Source: Bacteroidia bacterium (GTDB taxonomy: Bacteria; Bacteroidota; Bacteroidia; NS11-12g; UBA955). From it: a stretch of 64,000 nucleotides of DNA. Position 1 is the stretch's first letter; each line of letters begins with the position of its first letter. The position numbers were made by a program, and so were the translations under genes. Of this stretch, positions 59,750-64,000 are shown piece by piece. The stretch lies in assembly GCA_023653095.1 (NCBI GenBank), contig JAMNXP010000003.1, positions 39,503 to 103,502 of the forward strand, given 5' to 3'. A model generated the notes under the pieces. It saw only the letters and a list, made by a program, of their open reading frames with translations, searched no databases and was not told the origin of the DNA.

Positions 59750-61663
59750 TTAGTCAAAAATATGCTGAACGTAGTTTACAGATACACCCCATGCATTCCA
59801 TTTATTGGCGGTCTTTGTGCTATCGAAAGGAATTTTAGTGCCTTGATAATACCAATTGGTTTGAGATAAGTCGCTCTGGTACTGGGCCCTAATTCCCAAA
59901 CTGGTCATATTGTCAATGTAGAAATTAAATCCAACAGCACCTCCTACGAGCATGCCAGGATCAACCACAATTGCATCCTTCAATTCATTGTTTAATAATA
60001 AAATACTCTTTGATTGAGATTCCATTTTTAGGCGATTTTCATTATAACCGGCAAATCCGACCAAATCAATTGAAAATCGGCCAAACTTCTTCTCAAAACC
60101 ACCTTGTAGCAAGAGATTCCAATTATTGTAATAAAAGGAAGCAATGGAATCACTGCTCTGATTGATTCGTCCATTTTGACCCTGTTCGGTTAAGGTATAA
60201 TTACCTGCCAAACCTATCTTCCAAAAACCATTGGTTGCCATGATTTCATGGTAAAAAAATTGTCTAGGTTTTGTATTGAAGCTTCGTCCATCCTGATTAA
60301 ACCACCCAGAAACTTGATCCATCTGCATGTTCAAAAGTCCCCAACCCGTCAAACCAATTTGCACACCCCAATCTGACTGGGTTAGTTTTTCAACTTCGTT
60401 GGCTGATTCTAATTCTTCGTTCAAGTCTTTCTGAAGCTTCGAATTGCGCTCAAAGTTTACCACAGCAAAATCATACTTTGTTTTAAGAGCATTTAACTGA
60501 CTTTCTTTGTCGTGGAGGTCATAAATTACAATCCCAGGTGTAAATGCCAACTTCATTTTACGAATTTCATCTTCCGCACCTTCGCCATACAATTGCTCAC
60601 TCCTGTCCCAATAAAAAATACCCATGCTCACTGTTTTCAAGATTGAATCTTGCATCTTCAATCGATTCATAACGCTGTTGAAATTGTACCAGCCGCAATC
60701 AACATCGCTTTGTGAGTTGGAGATATGGCAACGCCCAAATTGACCAAAGAACTTAGACTGAGGGTATTTTTCAAGTAATGCTCTCATTCGAGAATACATT
60801 TTCCCTTCGCGCCAATGCGATTGTTGAGCCGTTCTTCTCAAATCATTCCATTTAATTACTTCATCTAGACCCTCTTTGATCTCTAAAAATTCTGTATAAT
60901 CATCTTTTAGCCAAGCCCTATAATTATTCAAATCGCCAAAAATTGAATCATCTGTGATTAAGGTAGAAACATCTGTAGTACCTGCGCTAAAATCACCACC
61001 CGACTCTTCATCTTTTTCGATGGTGCCAATGGTATCAACCAACACTTCTTTTTGATATTCCTGAAGACTATTAGTGAAATTTCTAGTCACAATATTGCGA
61101 AACGCATACAATTTAGTCGCTAACTCCAACGGCAATCCGTACTTAGCTTCCATCTTTTGCAGAAAATCACTCATTCGCAAAGCAGATAAGTCGGAAAACC
61201 GTTCCACGTCTATTCCATGCACTCTAATTCTATCTTCCACGGGCAACTTCATGTTCCAATCGTGCAAAGAGTAGAATAATTTCATGTAAGCGGGAGATGA
61301 AATTCCCTGCAAGGCCTGCAATGCATATACGTCATCGTTGCAGATGTACTTTTGCAAATAATAGGCTCGAGCAGGACTCAACTCTATAATGTAATCACGA
61401 TAACCACAGTTTTCGTACAAGGCACGCATGAAAGAGTATTCCATCAAAGCATTCGCTTCTACTTCGGAGTGATTTTCACCGCTCATCACCACTCTACTGA
61501 CTTTCGCTTTTTCGTACATCATTTTCCATCCGTCGCCGGTAGCGAATGATGCAGTTTTCATATCCAGTGTTTTTTCCGGGGGAAGAACTTGCGCCTCCAA
61601 CCTTTGGAAACCAAGAAAACAACCTCCTAAACCAAAAACCAACGCAATTACATGAAATCTCAT
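59750..61663 (-). CDS. secreted protein: erythromycin-esterase/ChaN-like N-terminal domain + beta-barrel-like C-terminal half
   Basis: Start set at MRFHVIALVFGLGGCFLGF (signal peptide), an ATGA overlap with the upstream gene. SGENHSEVEANALMEYSFMRALYENCGYRDYIIELSPARAYYLQKYI resembles the EreA/ChaN/TIKI pattern. The C-terminus has alternating aromatic strands and ends ..VSVNYVQHIFD. Confidence 0.45.
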   Translation of the reverse strand: MRFHVIALVFGLGGCFLGFQRLEAQVLPPEKTLDMKTASFATGDGWKMMYEKAKVSRVVMSGENHSEVEANALMEYSFMRALYENCGYRDYIIELSPARAYYLQKYICNDDVYALQALQGISSPAYMKLFYSLHDWNMKLPVEDRIRVHGIDVERFSDLSALRMSDFLQKMEAKYGLPLELATKLYAFRNIVTRNFTNSLQEYQKEVLVDTIGTIEKDEESGGDFSAGTTDVSTLITDDSIFGDLNNYRAWLKDDYTEFLEIKEGLDEVIKWNDLRRTAQQSHWREGKMYSRMRALLEKYPQSKFFGQFGRCHISNSQSDVDCGWYNFNSVMNRLKMQDSILKTVSMGIFYWDRSEQLYGEGAEDEIRKMKLAFTPGIVIYDLHDKESQLNALKTKYDFAVVNFERNSKLQKDLNEELESANEVEKLTQSDWGVQIGLTGWGLLNMQMDQVSGWFNQDGRSFNTKPRQFFYHEIMATNGFWKIGLAGNYTLTEQGQNGRINQSSDSIASFYYNNWNLLLQGGFEKKFGRFSIDLVGFAGYNENRLKMESQSKSILLLNNELKDAIVVDPGMLVGGAVGFNFYIDNMTSLGIRAQYQSDLSQTNWYYQGTKIPFDSTKTANKWNAWGVSVNYVQHIFD

Positions 61664-63336
61664 TTTGAATTCCCTCCTTTCACCAATAAAATTCCAGCCG
61701 AAACACGGTAAAACCACCCTCGCTGATTCAAGGTTTCCGGAGCATTGACCCATTCCTTACCTGACTTAAATCGAGTGTCCGAAAAATCAAATTGATAACC
61801 AGCCAAACCTCTTATGTAGATCCGCCAAATCTGCACACTTGCATCCAAAGCGAGCTGATACGCAGAAAACGGATTGGTCACTTTATCCACTTTCATGAAC
61901 TCATACGGCAATCCTGCCGGCTTATTCAACGACTTTTGAGCAACAGTTACATTACCGAAAGCAAAACCTTGGTATACTCCAATTTGGATGGGTTTTTCAC
62001 GATTTGAACCCACGGTAAATCCCACCTGACCAACCCAATGACTCACGTTTTCATTGGAATTCAGAAACTTAATTTGAGTTGTAGCGGCATTGTTCACTTG
62101 AAATCCAAAATCGACCAAAGTCATTATGTTGGGTGAAAACCAATATTCCAATCCAAAGTTTGGGAGCCAACGGCCTTGATCTATGCCAGCATCATTCAAG
62201 GTGCCAATGGTTTGTCCCCAAGTGGGTCTCATGCTAAGAAAACTACCACCAAAACCCATACTCACCAACTCTGTATCATCAGAACTGTTAGACCCCTCAT
62301 CGTATTCGTCTTCCTCGTAGGCATAATCAACAGCAAAAGAAGTATCTATCTCCCAGCTTAATACCCATGAATTAGAATCAATAAGAATCTCTCGTTTGGA
62401 TATAGCAGGTTCAGAAGGATAAAATAACTTGAAGATCTTTTGGTAAGACAACACCTCAAAACCGGGTTTTTGAGCCGTAAATGTGTCAAAAAAATCTGTG
62501 TTTGAACTGATTAATATCACATCAGAACCTCGGTTCCGCCAAGATATCAAGTCTGAAACCAGGCGTTTTTTAGCCTCATAAAATCTTAATATACTCGTTG
62601 TATATTTATCTTCATCGGCACCCGATCTACCAATATGATTCAAAAGGTCTCTATATAAAATTGATGCGTACAAAGGCTGCAACCTTCTAAGCTCGGTCAT
62701 CCAATCAAAAGTGTCTATGGCTAATTGCCTGAGGGTATTGATCTGATCAAACGACACACTTAAGTCACTGTAGGGTTCTGCATCATCGCTTTCTTCATTC
62801 AATCCATTTTTTTCGTAATTCAAGTCAATATACCTGATCACTGATTTGATTGCTTGAACCCCAGCCAAGGTAGTATCTGCCCCAGATAATCCAGCATGAA
62901 GCAGTCTAAACTCTTGGCTAGCTGTTTTAATGCTTCTCTCTTGAGTGTCGTCAGGCATCAATATGATTTTTCTGTTACCCCGGTACATCTCTTTTTTTAC
63001 TCGGTACAAATCTTTCATCCAATCCCACAAGTCCTGGTTTTCAGGGTCGTAAAACGAAAGTCTCGGATTAATTTGGCCAGACAGCACATCATCTGAATCA
63101 TTTTTTTGAAGTACCTCATTGGCCCAAAAGGCAGACATAACGTCCAGGCGGCTGTAAACCACTACTGGAATTGTTGAAATGCTGTCTTTCCATAATTCAT
63201 TCAACACGGCAGAAACATTGGCCTTCGGGGAGCAATCTGTGCAATTGGGCTTTACAATTACCTGCTCAATTTTCTGGGCTTTTATTGAAGAGCCTATCCC
63301 CAAAAGAGCCAAAAGCAACATTCGAATCTTCATCAA
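61660..63336 (-). CDS. hypothetical secreted protein with beta-barrel-like C-terminal half
   Basis: 558 aa. Signal peptide MMKIRMLLLALLGIGSSIKAQ. No family recognised. 4-nt overlaps with both neighbouring genes. Confidence 0.45.
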   Translation of the reverse strand: MMKIRMLLLALLGIGSSIKAQKIEQVIVKPNCTDCSPKANVSAVLNELWKDSISTIPVVVYSRLDVMSAFWANEVLQKNDSDDVLSGQINPRLSFYDPENQDLWDWMKDLYRVKKEMYRGNRKIILMPDDTQERSIKTASQEFRLLHAGLSGADTTLAGVQAIKSVIRYIDLNYEKNGLNEESDDAEPYSDLSVSFDQINTLRQLAIDTFDWMTELRRLQPLYASILYRDLLNHIGRSGADEDKYTTSILRFYEAKKRLVSDLISWRNRGSDVILISSNTDFFDTFTAQKPGFEVLSYQKIFKLFYPSEPAISKREILIDSNSWVLSWEIDTSFAVDYAYEEDEYDEGSNSSDDTELVSMGFGGSFLSMRPTWGQTIGTLNDAGIDQGRWLPNFGLEYWFSPNIMTLVDFGFQVNNAATTQIKFLNSNENVSHWVGQVGFTVGSNREKPIQIGVYQGFAFGNVTVAQKSLNKPAGLPYEFMKVDKVTNPFSAYQLALDASVQIWRIYIRGLAGYQFDFSDTRFKSGKEWVNAPETLNQRGWFYRVSAGILLVKGGNSK

Positions 63337-64000
63337 ACTATATTTAGTACTTGTTCTTTAATCTGTTCTAACTTTTCTTTCATACCCACCACCGCTTGTT
63401 GCATGGGAAAGAAATTACTTTTAACACCCATCGTATTCATTTCTCTGCCCATTTCTTGGGATATAAAATTCAATTTTCGACCCTTGGGTTCTGACTTCAA
63501 TGATTGTTTAAAAAAATCAATGTGCTGTCCTAAACGCTGCTTCTCCTCGGCAATGTCATACTTATCTAAATAAATGAGAACCTCTTGTTCCAGTCTATTC
63601 TGATCAATGGCATCTTGAGAAATGTGTTCCAAAATATTCCCGTAAACCCTTTCTCTGATGGCCTCTCTTCGATCTCCCTCATAACCCTCTACCACAAAAA
63701 GATCAGACTCTATGGCGTTTAACAACTCGCCTAACTTCACCGCAGTTGCTTGTCCTTCGGTTTGCCTGAATTGATCCAATTCCAAGGCAGCGACTCTTGT
63801 TACATCTATAATACTCTGTTTGGTTTCTGAGGATATTTCTCTCTCCCCCATACTAATCAAATCAGGCAACTTCAAAATCTCACGCATTGGATCATGCAGC
63901 TCTACGCCCAATTCCGTTGATAAACTTTTAAGTGCTGTCAAGTAACTCTGTGCGGCATCAAAATTGATCACAATTTCTTGGTTCTCGCTGCTCGACTTCA
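63333..64000 (-). CDS. yicC: YicC/YloC-family protein (5' end outside window)
   Basis: The C-terminal signature NFISQEMGREMNTMGVKSN is YicC-like. The reading frame stays open beyond the first listed Met up to the window edge. Confidence 0.7.
   Translation of the reverse strand, partial: KSSSENQEIVINFDAAQSYLTALKSLSTELGVELHDPMREILKLPDLISMGEREISSETKQSIIDVTRVAALELDQFRQTEGQATAVKLGELLNAIESDLFVVEGYEGDRREAIRERVYGNILEHISQDAIDQNRLEQEVLIYLDKYDIAEEKQRLGQHIDFFKQSLKSEPKGRKLNFISQEMGREMNTMGVKSNFFPMQQAVVGMKEKLEQIKEQVLNIV

Overview
This is a Bacteroidota-type chromosomal segment. The evidence is T9SS type-A and type-B C-terminal sorting domains, TAnnTTTG-like -7 boxes, and GroEL/MnmE/Fhs housekeeping genes.

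(1) nt 1 to ~17760 is the right-hand part of an integrative genomic island inserted just downstream of mnmE. It has a tyrosine integrase, three HTH/excisionase-like genes and a DUF3987 gene. Its cargo is one tightly packed nine-gene minus-strand operon (13130 -> 1). In this operon a type I R-M system (hsdM, hsdS, hsdR) is split apart by a Septu-like ABC-ATPase/HNH pair and by a 915-aa PHP-phosphoesterase/SMC-like ATPase fusion. It is led by an XRE regulator and ends with rhuM plus an unrecognised AT-rich gene that runs off the window edge. This mosaic defence operon is my best candidate for the interesting system, especially the PHP-ATPase and the rhuM + unknown pair.

(2) nt 17.8-64 kb is mostly housekeeping: mnmE, fhs, holB, HIT, greA, accC, ald, waaA, groES/EL, ruvX, def, purE, pssA and yicC. 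It also carries cell-surface loci:
- an ECF sigma / anti-sigma-like gene with a T9SS type-B CTD, upstream of a ~1850-aa PKD-rich type-B CTD protein;
- a triad of a giant TonB-dependent-like barrel, a 1297-aa T9SS type-A cargo and a PorV-like OMP;
- two overlapping genes for secreted proteins with barrel-like C-termini.

(3) Three intergenic spacers (20.9 kb, 50.8 kb, 57.8 kb) are filled almost edge to edge with in-phase heptanucleotide tandem arrays. The arrays are built from shared, orientation-shuffled modules (GACCAAA, CAGCCGT/CAGCGGT, CGATAAC/CGATCAC).

I saw no rRNA, tRNA or CRISPR. All family assignments rest on motif recognition by eye, not on computed searches.
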